Positions 1 to 12,436 of a DNA stretch of 64,000 nt are shown piece after piece (positions within the stretch are counted from its first letter, which is position 1; each line of letters starts with the position of its first letter). Source of the stretch: Blepharisma stoltei ATCC 30299 (lineage: Eukaryota; Protista; Ciliophora). Made by a program: the position numbers and the translations under genes. The notes beneath the pieces were generated by a model. The model was not told where the DNA came from. It made no database searches and was given only the letters and a program-made list of their open reading frames with translations. The DNA lies in contig CBFDEM010000058.1 in NCBI GenBank assembly GCA_965603825.1, positions 124,001-188,000 on the forward strand, given 5' to 3'.

Positions 1-1836
1 TGCCTTTTATTTAGTTCAAAATCCTCTTCTGTATTTCAAACTGAGGCTTCTCTTAAAATTTTATCAACTTCACTCTCTGTAAAGCCATAATACTCTGAAA
101 ACTGTTGATCCACAACACTATTTACCATAAAATTATTTAGACAAGGCAAACCGCATTTTAAAACTCCAGTAATAATTGTTTTTTCAACATAATCAGCATT
201 GTCTTTTATTCAGTAGGTAAGTATACTGTCCATAGTTTGCACAATTGTATCATAGCTATCCTTGGAAAATAAACAATTTAATGGACGATCATACTCATCT
301 ATTAATAGAAAAATTTTTTTTTGATGAAATTTATAAAGCACTTCACTTAGAAATTGTATCGATGTAAGAAGCTCTGAATTTGGATCATTATTGTAGAACT
401 AATAAAACATTTCTATTTCTTTCGCTAGCTGTTCATCATAATTTTCTGCTAGGCGCCTTTTTAGTTCATTAACAACATATTCGTGCTCCTTGAATGCATC
501 GCTAATGGCACTGCCGAAACATTCATGTATTGCTTCTCCAATATTTTCTTTGATTTCACATTCCAAAAAACTAAGAAAAATTACAGGATATTTTCTGGCA
601 TGATTTTCTATATATTTCCCATTGTCTACAGTTGCAATTGCTAGCTTCTGAGAATCTGAACTATTTGAAAGACCATTGATAATTGATTTTCTTTCCTCTG
701 TGAACAAAGCCTTTTTCATTGAGTTTATTCTTTCATCTTTTTCATCACTTAAAAATGTCCTAAGCATGTTTATATTTAGGCTTTTGCCCATCCTCGAGGT
801 CTAGTGATCAGAATAGCATAATTCGTATCATCTAAGACTTCTTTTATAAATAGCGTCTTATCTACGTAAACATTTTCATCTCTTATGAGATCTTCAAATG
901 AAAGTGCTGAATAAGCGAATTCTCAATTTTTCTTTATTTTAATGTCTGAGTTTTGTATGAGAGTGCATATTTCGTAGCATGAAAGAAGTTTTCTTGGTAT
1001 TATTATAAAGCTGTCGCTTGAGGTATTCATAATTTTTGATCAAAATTCTAATCGATTTGCAATTGCATTAGTGGCATCACACGCTTTATTTGTGTTTGCC
1101 TCTCACTTGGAAATATCCTCATTTAAAGTTTGGAGTACAAACAATTTTTGGTCTTCTACTCAAGCTTGTCGGTTTGATCGATCTGGAGGTAAATCAATTT
1201 TGTTTAACTCTATCCGCTTTTCTTTGAAATACTTCTGCATTTCATAGAATGTATAATTCCATGATGGCATTAATCTGAGAAAATCCTCACTTTTGAAAAG
1301 TATTATTACAACTGCTCTAAACAAAGCCCACCAGCCCCCTTATTTTGATCCACACTGTCCATATTTGTAACGTTTTTAAAAGGCTTTAGCATCCCTCCAA
1401 TAATGTTTTCCTTGTTTTCTTCGATCTCATTAGTTTTCAACTTGTTTTTAAATAAGAATTCAATGAGAAGTGGGAGTTTAAGATGTTCGTGCTTCGAATT
1501 TCTATAATATATTTGACTTGGCAAAATTACAACGATGTCCCAACTGCCTTCAGATTGGTTTTTGTACACAGAGACAATTGGTTTCATTCGGCTATTTGGC
1601 TGGTATAGCAAGTTTTCAATTCTTTTTACATATAATAACTGGGAATCTTCACTACCAGATTCAAAAGGGGACTTCCCAAAAAATCTCTCCATCACAATTG
1701 AAACTTGATTATTCGGATATAGTCTCTCCAAAGTCTTGTAAATACTGAAATCGGAGATTTCTTGCACTTTTCCGCAAGCTTTTGAAAAATTGGCAAAAGC
1801 TATCCGACGTATTAGCTCTTTATCACTTAAATCCAT
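1..1836 (-). pseudogene. Disrupted gene with a bacterial-type AAA-ATPase-like domain (PF09820-like); runs off the window start
   Basis: Joining three frames gives YVDKTLFIKEVL...LITRPRGW/GKSLNINMLRTF (Walker A region), IFLLIDEYDRP (Walker B), IITGVLK and YIGFTESEV. Joining needs 1-nt frameshifts at about 1335 and about 789 and passes an in-frame TAG at 399-401. Confidence 0.75.
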
Positions 1837-2147
1837 TTTTAATATTATTTATTTAAAATATGAAACATTTTACAGAATGCATAAATAAGTGTTAAATTTT
1901 ATAAAATAAAGCTTGGGAATTTTATATCAATGCCTTCTCGATGCTTTGAATTTTAACGAAAGTTCAAAATATTGACTTAAATTTTTGAAATATTACTATA
2001 TTTTAAAGCTTTCATTCCATTCTATTTCCTCCCTTATCCGCGAACAAATAGTTTTTGCTTAATCAAGGGGTTGGGGATATTTTTTGTTACAGTGTGTCTA
2101 TACTCTTCAGAAAGCTAATAAATCCTGCATAATTATTATAGATTTAT

Positions 2148-4958
2148 ATGAGCAGCAATTTTGACACTGACCAAGCTTTGGAAGTCATGAAATGATTAAA
2201 AGGCGAAGATGATGGAGTCCAGAGATATAGAGGAATGCCTTTTGCGAATACAGAATGATTTATCATTGACAATGTTTGGCTGAAAAAGTGAAAAAAGCTA
2301 GCAGGGTTTTTACAGGAAGATTTAGATGTCCAAAGTCTTGGGGAAATCGATAACTCTGATTTAATTGATAATAGTGATGACGTATGAAAGGAAAGAGATG
2401 AGGTTGTGCTAAAAAATACTCTAGCTTTAGCAATTGACTATGAAATTATACCTAGAAAGGCATGAAAATATTTTTCTGAGAAATACGGTTGTAAAGACGG
2501 ATCAGAAATCTCCAGAAAAAGCATAGAAATCTCAGGCTCTGAAACGCAAGTTGAAGTTAAGTATAAGCCTATTAAAACTATAGTTTGAAGAGGAAATAAT
2601 TGGGAAACTGATAATCCAGTAACTATATTTATTTCAAGAAAAGCATGAATCAGGGACTTTAGGCACAAATTCCGAAGAATCATGAGGGAAAAAATCCAGT
2701 CACTTATAGACGACGATGATATGAAAATTTGGAAACTCGACCCTACCGTTTCCCTCGCCGATCTCAAAAATCTTGCCAAAGCCGATCATCTGCCTATCAA
2801 ATTCCCAGGAAAATCTCTCGACACAAACGAAGTTATCGAAGAATCAGAAATTGCTGACGAAGACATTATACTGATAGAAGTCAGAAAATTTAGCCTTGAA
2901 TGGACATTTGCCAAAGAAACCCCAGCTAAAAGATGCGAAAGCTGCAGAACAGAAATATCGTCATGGGTAGAATGCAAATGTAAAAAATTTTTATATTGCA
3001 ATGAAGAATGTAAGAAACGAGACTCAAAATTCCATTGGTGTGATGGAGCTATCAGCAATAATCAATATTCTTATCAAAGCCAAAACAATAACTATTACTC
3101 TTCTTATAGCTCAAATCCTTATTCTAGCAGTCCTTATAGATATAATCAGCCTGAACAAAAAGTTTTAGCAAGGACTAGTTCTAGCAAGCTTGGGATCGTC
3201 GGACTGCAGAATTTAGGGAATACGTGCTTTATGAACTCAGGGCTCCAATGTGTCTCCAATACATATGTTTTGACTGAACATTTATTATCTGATAAATATC
3301 TGAATGAAATTAATAGATCAAATCCTATGGGAACTGGAGGAGCGCTAGTCCAAGATTATGCAGCTCTAGTTAAAGATATGTGATATGGGAGCAGCAGCTC
3401 TGTGTCTCCATGAAATTTTAAGCGAGCTCTTGGCAGGTTTGCGCCCCAGTTTTCAGGCTTTAATCAGCATGACTCTCAAGAAATGGTATCATTTCTACTA
3501 GATGGGATTCACGAAGACCTAAATCTTGTCAAAGCGAAGCCTTATGTAAGTGAACTTAAAACTGCTGAACTCTCAGAAACTGAAATTGCAAATCTATTTT
3601 GGTCTAACCACATCTCAAGAAACCAAAGTATCATAGTTGATCACATGCACGGCCAATATCGTTCTGAAGTAGAATGCCCTGACTGCTTCAAAAAATCGCT
3701 TGCTTTTGACCCATTCCTTATGCTGACCCTACCAATCCCATCTAATCAACAGACCTCTCTAGATCTTGTTTTTATCCCTTATAACTCCCAATCTGCAATT
3801 AAAATCAGAATTCAAGTCAAAGAAAATGCTTATTTCAAAGAAGTTAAGCACGAAGTCTCCAGATTGCTATCAATTAATCCTAATTGTATAGTTCTTGCTG
3901 AATTATCACATGGGTATAATATTGAAAGATTTATTGATGATGACGAAAGAGTGCTAAAAAATGCCCAGCCATATGCATATCAGACACCTGAAATTACAAA
4001 TGATGACTGTGTAGTACAAATTAGCTTTATTAAAGAGACCAGGTATTTGTTTTCATCGAGTTCTCCAGCAGGATTTCAGAGGTTTATTGTACTTAATAAA
4101 AATTCGACTATAGAAAATCTACATCATGCGATTTTTGAGTTTGTGGCGAATATAGGGAATATTGAGCTTTATCCGAATTTGCGTGAAAAATTTAATCAGA
4201 GTATGCCTTCATTGATAGGTGGAAGGGATTCTGATATATTTTCGTTGAAATTGATAAACCCATACCAAAAGAAAAATTATTATGGCAAAGTCAAGCAATG
4301 TCCTTATTGTTTGCAAACAAAGTGCAATAGCTGTCCTTTACCCTATACAGAAGAACCTTTAATTAATTATTTTGAAAAATCAAATGAAAAAATACTCAAG
4401 GTCGAGGTCACATTTTCTAAAAATATTGGTTTTTCTTTAATAACCTTAAGCTCAATCGAAACTCATGTATCCTGCCAAGAAAATATCAAGCCAAGATCCA
4501 CTCGTGTTACTCTTTATGACTGTCTCCACCAATTTTCACAGCCAGAAAAGCTTGACCAAGACAACACTACATATTGCTCCAAATGTGAAGGCCATAAAAG
4601 AGGCCTTAAAAAAATGGATATTTATAAGCTGCCAAATATTTTGATAATTCACCTGAAGCGATTCAAGCATTCTCAATATTCTTATAACTCAAAAAACGAC
4701 AAGCTAGTTGAATTCCCAGTAGAAGGGCTTGACATGGGGAGATTTTCTATAACTAGAGGAGACTGAATATATGATCTTTATGCAATTTCTAATCATTATG
4801 GATCTTTGGATGGAGGTCACTATACCGCCTATGCGAAAAACCATGAAAATGGCCGATGGTATGAATTTGACGACTCCCATGTATCTCCTATATCAGAGCC
4901 TGTCGAAAACACTCTTATAAAATCATCTGCATATGTGCTGTTTTATAAGAAAAGATAG
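2148..4958 (+). CDS. Ubiquitin-specific protease (USP4/11/15-like) with DUSP domain, MYND-like Zn finger and split catalytic domain, 936 aa
   Basis: Single frame with TGA=Trp. DUSP motifs [13 protein letters not shown] and GEIDNSDLI; Cys box [17 protein letters not shown]; QHDSQE; His box [14 protein letters not shown]...WYEFDDS...SAYVLFY; ends in TAG. Confidence 0.95.
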
Positions 4959-4983
4959 TATTTACTTTAGAATAAATTTAATA

Positions 4984-6006
4984 TTATTGCAATACCCTTG
5001 GGATTGTGAGTCCTAATTTCTCCCTAAGCTCTTTTATTTCTTGTTTATTTATTTCATTTTCTTTTTTAGACTTTGAGTGTTCAGCTAATATCGCTTCTAA
5101 AGAAGATTTAAGCTGTCTTATAAAATCTTTATGCTGGACTATTTCGTCTTCTTTTTTCCTTAAGCGCTTAATAAGTGAAAGCTCGTCTTGCTGAATAGTG
5201 TTTCCTGGCAGTATTAAACTGTATATATCTATATCATCTTGAATACTCCCAAATGTAGAAACTGATGCTCGTGTGTTATTTATGTTCCTTCTTGTTCCTA
5301 TATTAAGAGAAATCGGCATTAATGCAGTATCAGAGCAGGTTTGGCCTAAAGACTGGATTATCCCTTCTTCTTGTATCGCAGATATATTAGGAGTGTCTTC
5401 ATATATCAAGGTACTCCTCATCAAAGATTCATCATGGTCTAACGTCAGCAGCTCTGCTTCAATCCCGCTTTGGATTTCTGCGTTCTCATCAGTTATTTTT
5501 ATCAAATTTTCGAACTGTTTTTTCATTTTATTATCATACATCTGGACCTTGTTAAATTTTTTTGAACTTAAATTCAAAGTTTGGTCCTTTAACATAGACA
5601 TTTCGTCCCTCAATTTGATGGTTTCTTTTTCGTAAATTTTCATTTGTTTGTAGTATTCTTCTGATTGGGCTTCTTTTTCTTTTAAAAGTGCTTCGAGACT
5701 CTCGATTTTTGCTTTGGAATTTTTCTCGATTTGACTGATTTCTTTTTGATGGTCGATTTCTAAGGTGTCTTTGGATTTTTCAAGGTCGCAGATTTTTTGA
5801 AGAAGAATTTTATTGTCCCGGCAGAGCTGGTCGATGGTTTCTTTTATGAGAGCACTTTCACGGCTAAATGATCGGTGATGGCCTGGGTTTGAAGATAACG
5901 ACACTTTTGGAAAATCGGGGGTTGAGAAAAGAGATGGGATATTGTGTGGAGGATTTATAGGGGAGTGAGGAGGGCTGATGGGGTCTTCTAGCTGGACATC
6001 GATCAT
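4984..6006 (-). CDS. Coiled-coil hypothetical protein
   Basis: 340-aa ORF with E/K-rich heptads; no recognisable domain. Confidence 0.75.
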   Translation of the reverse strand: MIDVQLEDPISPPHSPINPPHNIPSLFSTPDFPKVSLSSNPGHHRSFSRESALIKETIDQLCRDNKILLQKICDLEKSKDTLEIDHQKEISQIEKNSKAKIESLEALLKEKEAQSEEYYKQMKIYEKETIKLRDEMSMLKDQTLNLSSKKFNKVQMYDNKMKKQFENLIKITDENAEIQSGIEAELLTLDHDESLMRSTLIYEDTPNISAIQEEGIIQSLGQTCSDTALMPISLNIGTRRNINNTRASVSTFGSIQDDIDIYSLILPGNTIQQDELSLIKRLRKKEDEIVQHKDFIRQLKSSLEAILAEHSKSKKENEINKQEIKELREKLGLTIPRVLQ

Positions 6007-6218
6007 TTTTAAATTTTTATTAATTTCGTTTTAACAACGGAATAGGCTATAGGAGATTTTTTTGGAAAATTGCTGTGATTTCTCTTTAATTTAAGCTGAT
6101 TTAATTTTTTTAAAAATAAATTAAATGATTTTTAGGCTTCTAACAAAGATACAGAGATTGATGATTCCTAATGATTTTAATCGATGAAATGGGAAAATCT
6201 TTTTTATATTTTTATAAA

Positions 6219-7676
6219 ATGAATCGATTATCAGAGATTGACGACGCCATAAGGAAAAAGCTAACTTCTTCATATACAAATTTCTCATCATCAATAAGTG
6301 CTACCAAAAGAGCCAGGATACTTATGGAAGCTAAACCCCTGCTCAATGCTCACATTAAATGTCGCGAAATATGAGAAGCTTTGCAATTAGCAGATTACAA
6401 AAAAGAAGGAGTCCTAAATGATGCAGCTTTACAAGTTCTTCTAGAAAAGCAAAGCAAAAATTTATATGATCTATTGCAGGTAAAAACCTGAGAAGATATG
6501 ATAGATTTGTTAGATCAGGATGAAGACGGCTTTATTAATGAAGATGAACAAATTTTGATGTTTTCTATCATAAAAGAGAGAATGCAAAACTGTGCTAACG
6601 AATTGTGTGAAATACACGAATACAACTTTTTCAAAGAGCTAATGAAAACCATTAGAATCATAGAAACTGATATTATTAAATATCAAAGAGTTCTCCGCCA
6701 AAGAACTCACATCAAAGAAATGGGCATTTACCAGCAAATCGGCCTGGAGCGTAAAGAAGAATTTGAAGATCAATGAGAATCAAAATTCCAAGAATGCGAA
6801 GCAGAATGTGAAAAAAGAGTCCAAGAAATGAAAAACAAGCACGAAAAAGAAATGGAGCAGCTTAACCAAGAAATTTTTGAAAGCCTCGACGTTTTAAAAT
6901 TCAAACCAAAAATGCTTATGAAAGAATTACAATATCGAGAACAAATAGTCGCAGTAAATGAAAGATATGGCGAAGCCCAAGTAATCAGAAATGAGCTAAA
7001 ATCCTTTGAGACTGCTGAAATTAACAGAGTAGAAAATCTTATCCTAAACGAACAAGAAAAAAAGCGGAAAAAATTGCTGGTTCTCCAGAAAAGAGAAATG
7101 GAACATTTATTAATGAAAAACTCAGAAGCAGTGAACCAGCTGAAAATTAAAAAACAAAAAGACTTATCCAGACTGGAAAAAGAAATAAAACTGCATTTTC
7201 ACGATATTAAAAAAAATCAAAACCAAGCAAGTCGCATTGCTGAAAAAATAGGATCATATAGAGATGAATTAAGAAGGACTAAATTTAAGTCAAATAAAAT
7301 GAAGCAGCTGAAAAAGGCGAGGGATCTGAAAACAAGGAAAAAAACAGCTAGGTCTTTAGCTGCGTCGTGGTCTTTGCCTATGATTTTACCTAACACGAAA
7401 TCTACTGTAAAAAATATCCTTGGGAGCACGCTAAGTATGTCTGTAGGATTTAAATCAATTAGTCCTTTAAAAGTTGACTTAACCAGTCTGACGAAATTTA
7501 ATATAAAAAGTGACCCTGTGGCGACCGAAAGGCCTGTCAATATAACTCCAGATTTTATGAACTCGACTTCTTTTGCAAGCAAAACAGGGAAACTTTTACA
7601 GTCAAAAAAGCAGACAAATACGCTGCCACTGCTGAGTGCGCATTATAGTGATTCACTTGAAAGACTCTCTGAATAA
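6219..7676 (+). CDS. EF-hand plus coiled-coil protein
   Basis: Three track ORFs join in one frame through TGA. EF-hand loop DQDEDGFINEDE followed by a long coiled coil. Confidence 0.8.
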
Positions 7677-8765
7677 TTAATCAATATTATTAAGCTCCTT
7701 GGGGTCATTGTTTTCTTTATACTCAAAAAAATAAAAATTGTAAGATTCTGTTATGTCAAGTCTACAATATCCCAGTCCTTCTTTTTCTGGGATTTTTCTT
7801 GAATAGCTTAAAGTTTCTATTCAAGATTTATCCTCACTTATATAAGAAATAAATCCTGTATGGCCTCCCTCAGAATTTCTTATAAGAAAAATATCCCCTA
7901 CATTGATTCTATCAATAGTTTTCAATGACAAATTTTCCAACACAGCTCTAACTGATGAGTTTTTCAAATTTCCTTCAGCTGCAAATTGCATATGTCTAGT
8001 GGTAAAAGAGCATGGGGAATTTATTCATTTAGAAACAGAAGACGAGCAGTCTTCAGTCCTTAAATATTTATTTTGATATCTGTAATCACTTCTTGATCCT
8101 CCAACTGAATATCCTAGAGTAAATATAAGTAATTCTCCTTGAGGAGGGCTTAAGTTATCTTTATAGAAATAAAATCAGTTTTCGAAGCCTTCAAGGTTTA
8201 GGATATCAAATCCTTCAGGGAGTTGAAAAGTTTGGACCAATGGGCTGAGATTTAAATCTAAAATATTGTAATTTCTGAAAATAGGCTCTAAATCACTAAA
8301 CTTATTTGCCCCTAATAGTAAAGATAAAATTCTAATGATTCCAACCTGCATAAAATTGACGTTCGAAGTCCCCAGTAGGTTTTCAGTATCATCAAACACA
8401 ATTTTTCTATCAGAATCTAAGCTTATATAGCTATCTATAGGCTCACGAATAATTTTTTCAAAATTTGATTTTAAAAGTTGTTTTGCTCCTCTGATTATTG
8501 CAGCATTAAGATTTCTTTGCAAAGACTTAGAAATCTGGTCTTTATAATTTTGGTTCAGATAATCCATCAGTGTTTTATGCATTTTCATATCTCTATTAAG
8601 AGAAGCTAATACTTCTTTTTTCAATGCATTCACTCTTTTATTATCTCCTTCAAGCTTCTGCATTTCATTAACTAGGCATTGAGAAATTCCTCTAATTTCC
8701 CTCTCTATTTCTCTTCTTCTTATTTCTTCTTCAATCACAGCTTTAGCAAAAGGTGATTCGCTCAT
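7677..8765 (-). CDS. Protein with C-terminal NlpC/P60-superfamily (Amidase_5-like) putative peptidoglycan hydrolase domain, 362 aa
   Basis: Reading through TGA at 8175 gives GYSVGGSR...EDCSSSVSKW (Cys codon 8046-8048) and VGDIFLIRNSEGGHTGFI (His codon 7860-7862); TAA at 7677-7679. Confidence 0.7.
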
Positions 8766-8879
8766 ACTAAAACCTGATAAAATTAATTATATGAATGCGC
8801 CTCATTATCTATTAGGATTTTTGCTGCTTTTTTTAGCTTTAATCTAAATAATCTAAAAAATCTTCCATGTTTATAATTG

Positions 8880-10466
8880 ATGAGTGCCACCAAAGAGCGA
8901 ACTTTCACAGGCTCCGAAAAGTCCAAAAGTGTCCGCTCCACCAATATAACAGCCGCCAAAGCCGTTGCAGACGCTATCAGGACTTCTCTCGGCCCTCGTG
9001 GTATGGACAAGATGATCAAGGACTCCAAAGGTGAGGTCACAATTACAAATGACGGTGCGACAATCCTCAAACAAATGGAAGTCGTCCACCCCACAGCCAA
9101 GATGCTTGTGGAGCTTTCCAAAGCCCAAGACATTGAAGCTGGCGACGGCACTACATCAGTCGTGGTATTAGCTGGATCTCTTCTCAGTACCTGTAATGGG
9201 CTGCTTGATAAAGGAATCCATCCAAGCTTAATTTCAGATAGTTTTAAGCTTGCAGTCAATAAAGCTTCTGAAGTCCTTGAAGAAATGTCCAATAAGCTTG
9301 ACCTAAATGATGAAGAAGCGCTGATAAAAATCGCCTCTACAAGTTTAGCAAGCAAAATTGTGTCCCAGCATTCACAAGAACTAGCCCCAATTGCAGTAAG
9401 GGCTGTCATGAACATTGTAAAGCCAGATGACGATAATGTGGATTTGAGGAATATTAAGGTCAGCAAAAAATTAGGAGGGACTGTAGATGATACTGAATTG
9501 GTCAATGGCTTGGTTTTTGCAACAAATCATGCAGCACATGCAGCAGGTGGCCCTACTAGAGTAGCCAACCCAAAAATTGGATTAATTCAGTTCTGTCTTT
9601 CTTCGCCTAAGACTGATATGGAAAACAGCGTCGTCGTGCACGATTACCAAGCTATGGACAGAATTTTAAGAGAGGAAAGAAAATATATTGTAGGACTGTG
9701 CCAAAAAATTGTGCAGACTGGCTGCAATGTACTTTTGATACAAAAATCTGTCCTGAGAGACGCGACGAATGATTTAAGCTTGTTTTATTTAGCGAAAAAC
9801 AAAATTATGGTCATTAAAGATATTGAAAGAGACGATGTAGATTTTATTTCGAGGACTTTAGGACTGACCCCTGCAGCTCATGTGGATCAATTTACCTCAG
9901 ATAAATTAGGAACAGCTGAGCTATGTGAAGAAGAAACTGTTGGAGAAGGCAAAATCGTCAGAATTACAGGTGTCCAAAATGACCATCCTAGTGGCAAAAC
10001 TTCTTCTATTTTAATCAGAGGGTCTAACCAGCTAATTATTGACGAAGCTGACAGATCTTTACATGACGCCCTTTGTGTTATTAGAAGCCTTGTCAAAAAA
10101 AGAGCTCTGCTACCTGGTGGAGGGGCGCCTGAAACTGAAATTTCTATTAGATTAATGGAATATTCAAGGCAGCTGATTGGGGCTGAAGCCATCTGTGTTA
10201 GGGCATTTGCTGAGGCTTTTGAGATCATTCCTTATACTTTGGCTGAAAATGCAGGACTTAACCCAATTTCACTTGTGACGGAGCTGAGGAACAGACATAT
10301 AGAGGGGGATAAAAATGCTGGGATTAATGTAAGGAGAGGAGGAATTACAAATATGCTGGATGAAAATGTTATTCAGCCATTATTGGTCACACTGAGTGCA
10401 GTGAGATTAGCTACTGAGTGTGTCAGGATGATTTTAAAGATTGATGAAGTCGTTATGGTTAGATAA
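8880..10466 (+). CDS. CCT4: T-complex protein 1 subunit delta (CCT/TRiC chaperonin)
   Basis: [28 protein letters not shown] and the delta-type [18 protein letters not shown] motif. Confidence 0.96.
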   Translation: MSATKERTFTGSEKSKSVRSTNITAAKAVADAIRTSLGPRGMDKMIKDSKGEVTITNDGATILKQMEVVHPTAKMLVELSKAQDIEAGDGTTSVVVLAGSLLSTCNGLLDKGIHPSLISDSFKLAVNKASEVLEEMSNKLDLNDEEALIKIASTSLASKIVSQHSQELAPIAVRAVMNIVKPDDDNVDLRNIKVSKKLGGTVDDTELVNGLVFATNHAAHAAGGPTRVANPKIGLIQFCLSSPKTDMENSVVVHDYQAMDRILREERKYIVGLCQKIVQTGCNVLLIQKSVLRDATNDLSLFYLAKNKIMVIKDIERDDVDFISRTLGLTPAAHVDQFTSDKLGTAELCEEETVGEGKIVRITGVQNDHPSGKTSSILIRGSNQLIIDEADRSLHDALCVIRSLVKKRALLPGGGAPETEISIRLMEYSRQLIGAEAICVRAFAEAFEIIPYTLAENAGLNPISLVTELRNRHIEGDKNAGINVRRGGITNMLDENVIQPLLVTLSAVRLATECVRMILKIDEVVMVR

Positions 10467-10532
10467 ATCTTTTAATAATTAGGACTTTCTTGTGGAAAAT
10501 GGAATAAAAAAGGATTTTTTATAAATTTAGAT

Positions 10533-11795
10533 ATGGCTGATGAACTTAATGATATGCTATTCCATTTATTGTGGGTAAAAGACGCTGTATTTGATTCTAG
10601 TACAAAAGCGATTATTCCTCAAACAATTATTTATAAATATTATCAGCCGAGATATTGATTTTTCACATCACAAGATGGGACAATTAAAAGGAAATCTAAA
10701 GACAAACTAACAAAAGAACAAATTCAGCATGACTTTATGAAAGCGATTTCACCATCAGGAATTATAGCTGTATATTATTGCATTTATAAAAATAAAAGAG
10801 TCATTGAATATTTGACGACGAAAACTTTCAATGAATTTTTGTATAAAAGGAAAATTGAGTATGATGGGATCCTTCAAAAATTTGTAGATCCTTATGGGTC
10901 TAAAAATTTTGCATTAACTGCTATATGGACACCTAATTTCTGCATGTTTGAGAAAAAAGAAAACAAGCTTGATTTATTTAACCAAAGCTTCGATCTCTAT
11001 GAGAGAGCTATGACTTTTGAAGGTAAAGAATATTTCGTTGAAGCTACCCCGCTTAGGGGCAATGATATCCCTCGCAAGCTACAAGAAAATTGTGACTCAA
11101 TTGTTTCCCATGTCTCAGCTGTCAGTTTCGAAAAATTAAAAATCGCCAGAATGGTTGTCCACTTCAGAATAGACAGTAAAATGAGGCTCTGGCTTCTCTG
11201 TGCAACCTCCTTACGGTTTTCAACAGACGCCCATATGCTTCCTATTGATTTAAACGCTGAAATGGGAATTCCGAAAATTTTGAACCCAAAAAAGCTCACA
11301 GTGGATTTCAAAAATCCAGCAATTTTGATAAAAAGTGTTAAATGTTCTATGTGTGAAGCAATGTTTGAGCTTGATAAAATTGCTGAAATGGACTACAGGG
11401 TGGTTATTTCACTATTAAAAGATGAAGAAATACCGATAATAATTAGAAATATCCACCCTAGGCTTAAAATCAATGATTATAAAAGGCTGAGAAATCATGA
11501 AAAATTTTTAGAAAAAAAGGCTCAGCTGTGTTTTGACTGTTTTTTGTCACTTTCTAGGAACTTGCCGTCTAGTGGGGTGCTTAAAAGTGTCCCTAGATGT
11601 CAGTCGCTAAGTGGAATTGGGCCTTTGCACCCTGATAGATTGCAATCAAGAAGAGACCGCACAATGTCTTCATTAGCAAGAAGCCCTGTTAATGCAAGAA
11701 CGCCTAGCACAGCTTCATCAAGAAATGTTTTTTCATCCAGGACTTCAAAAACAGCAGGTGGGGAATTAATATTGATGCCACTGTCTCCAGTTTAA
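10533..11795 (+). CDS. Hypothetical protein
   Basis: Track ORF extends upstream through a TGA (PRYWFFTSQDG) to ATG 10533; CxxC pairs in the C-terminal half. Confidence 0.75.
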
Positions 11796-12436
11796 AATGT
11801 AATTAGTAAATTAATAATTTATCTCAATTTATGCTGCTTGTGAAAATTTAATCTCTAATAGCAAAGGTGATATTGAATGCTTAATATATTCGTTCCTAAA
11901 TTTATAGTTCCTTGGAGCGTGCTTATTTTATTTTGCGATTATTGTGAATTAAGAGCTCATTAAGTGAAATATATTGAAAATATAATTAGTTAACGAAAAC
12001 TATTGCCTAATTTCTCTCTATGCTGAATGATACCAGAAAGCAATATAGCTGATATTAAAAATATTGCAAATTTAAGAAAGTTAAGAAATTCTGTTAAAAG
12101 GTTTAAATAAAGAAATATTCTGAATAATTATTTTATGGAGAAGGATTTTAAAGATAGCTAGAATAAGCATTTTTAATTAAATTTATTTAAAAAAGGGTTG
12201 TTGAATATTAATAGGTGAGTAAGAGGTTAATTATTGACCTGAATAATAAATTTTGAGTCCAAAACAAATCTAAAACCGTTCAAATCATAAATTATTAACT
12301 TCTATTGTAAAAATTGAAGATTCTAATACTTTCATCTTTAAGAAGTAGAAAAGCACATCTCAATAAGCTAATAAGTTATAATACTGATCATATTAAATTT
12401 TTATTGAAATATTTTTCATAATAATACAATTCAATA

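Noticed and set aside
399-401. In-frame TAG as evidence for UAG=Gln (historical table 15)
   Set aside because: It lies in a gene with two other lesions. USP, the zinc-finger gene and the TBC gene terminate at TAG.
8783-10228. Long antisense ORFs opposite CCT4, and similar shadows opposite USP, GK, PLK and others
   Set aside because: Antisense shadows of real genes with no recognisable domains.
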